NCBI GenBank assembly: GCA_028534125.1
Contig: CM052823.1
Coordinates: forward strand, 75,950,001 to 76,014,000
DNA from: Lama glama
Lineage: Eukaryota
Length of the DNA stretch: 64,000 nucleotides
Direction of reading: 5' to 3'
The position numbers and the translations under genes were made by a program. This document shows, piece by piece, positions 62,990-64,000 of the stretch. The notes beneath the pieces were generated by a model that did not search any database, was not told the DNA's origin, and was given only the letters and a program-made list of their open reading frames with translations. Position 1 is the first letter of the stretch, and each line of letters begins with the position of its first letter.

Positions 62990-63345
62990 GAAAGAGGAGC
63001 CACGTTGAAGGGAGACATGATGATGAATTCAACTTTGAATTGCGGTTTTGGGCGCTGGTGGGTTAGTAAGAAGACATGTCCTCTGAAGGTCCCAGGCTGA
63101 GAATGGAGAGGTGAAGCCTAAGGTCACAGGTGAGAATGGATCTTGCAAAGCAGCAGATATGAGGGAAAGGGCAGATGCAGGATGCAGTGGGGTGTCCAAA
63201 TGGAAGAGTTTGGGGAGTGTGACGATATAGTAGGAGGAGCAGAGCTTCCAGCCCTTCTAAGCTCACCAACTGCAGCAGCAAAGTCTGGAAATATAAGGCC
63301 AGGGAAGAAAATATAAGCTAGAGAAGGAGGTCATTAGAAACCTGA
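62990..63345 (-). mobile_element. L2 fragment
   Basis: 'tgatgaattcaactttgaa...ggggtgtccaaatggaag...ggaaatataaggccaggg'. Confidence 0.55.
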
Positions 63346-64000
63346 AGTGTGCTCTTAAAGGCAGCCTTGTTTAAAATAAATATTGACATTGTCTTTAGTT
63401 AGTAATTTCAGAAATTAACATCTTTATTATTTTTCTGGGTTTGGGAGATATACTGAGGGCTCAATCAATGTTGAGTTGAAGTTCCCACTTGGCCCTCTCC
63501 CTGGTGCTGGATTTGCACAAATGCATCCCTTGTCTCAGGGGTATTGTAGAAACCATTGCTTTCTCCCTGTTCATCTCCCTTTAACTGCCAGCCAGGCAGT
63601 AAATCTTGTCAAATAAAATCACCTTGACGTGATTTGTGCCTCTCCTCCACCCACTATCACTAAGCTAATTGCTGCAAAATCTTAAAGGGAGACAGTAGTC
63701 CTTTCCATGAATAAAACTCTCTCCCAATGTTTTTTGAACCCAACTCTTGTTAACAGTGGTTTTCAGTGGACAGTGAGATTATGAGGAATGTTTATTTTCT
63801 TTATATTTTTTGCATTTTCCAAATATTACTTTGATAGTTAATTTTGTTTTGAAGGAAGAAAAGTATATTGGACATGATTGGAGTTATCACTCTTAGAATG
63901 TCTTCTAAGAGAATCCCTGTAAGCCATGAAGTTCTGAGTGACATGAAAATACATCTGTATCTCTTTTAAGAAAAAAATTTCAGCTTAATATTCAAGGCTG

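Noticed and set aside
1-64000. CRISPR arrays, operons, tRNA/rRNA genes, CpG island or an intact transposase/RT
   Set aside because: None seen; the sequence is CpG-depleted mammalian DNA and all retroelement ORFs carry stops or frameshifts

Overview
Mammalian, largely non-coding genomic DNA (intron or gene desert) with four assembly gaps. No long intact ORF or recognisable gene is present. I saw no Alu, B1/B2, BovA/BovB, PRE-1 or SINEC; together with the style of the young L1 this suggests a laurasiatherian, possibly camelid, genome (inference). The first 8.9 kb is a stack of three minus-strand LINE-1 pieces, one of which keeps its 5'UTR and ORF2 but lacks ORF1. The rest is an old repeat landscape: about 20 MIRs, many L2 fragments (one retaining endonuclease motifs), DNA transposon fossils (MER82-, Charlie4z-, MER94- and MER45-like), and an LTR16-like solo LTR nested in an L1M. 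Four things are not explained by these repeats: (i) a ~4 kb repeat-free block at 39.8-43.9 kb with tandem RFX X-boxes, a consensus TATA box and minus-strand splice/polyA signals; (ii) several strong orphan exon candidates, one with a Kozak ATG; (iii) a very decayed RNase H-integrase (Gypsy/ERV pol-like) fossil at ~44.3-46.2 kb; (iv) a ~130 bp local duplication that conserves a STAT6-type site. Repeat family names come from recall of consensus sequences, not from a search, and repeat boundaries are approximate. I found no convincing novel multi-gene system.
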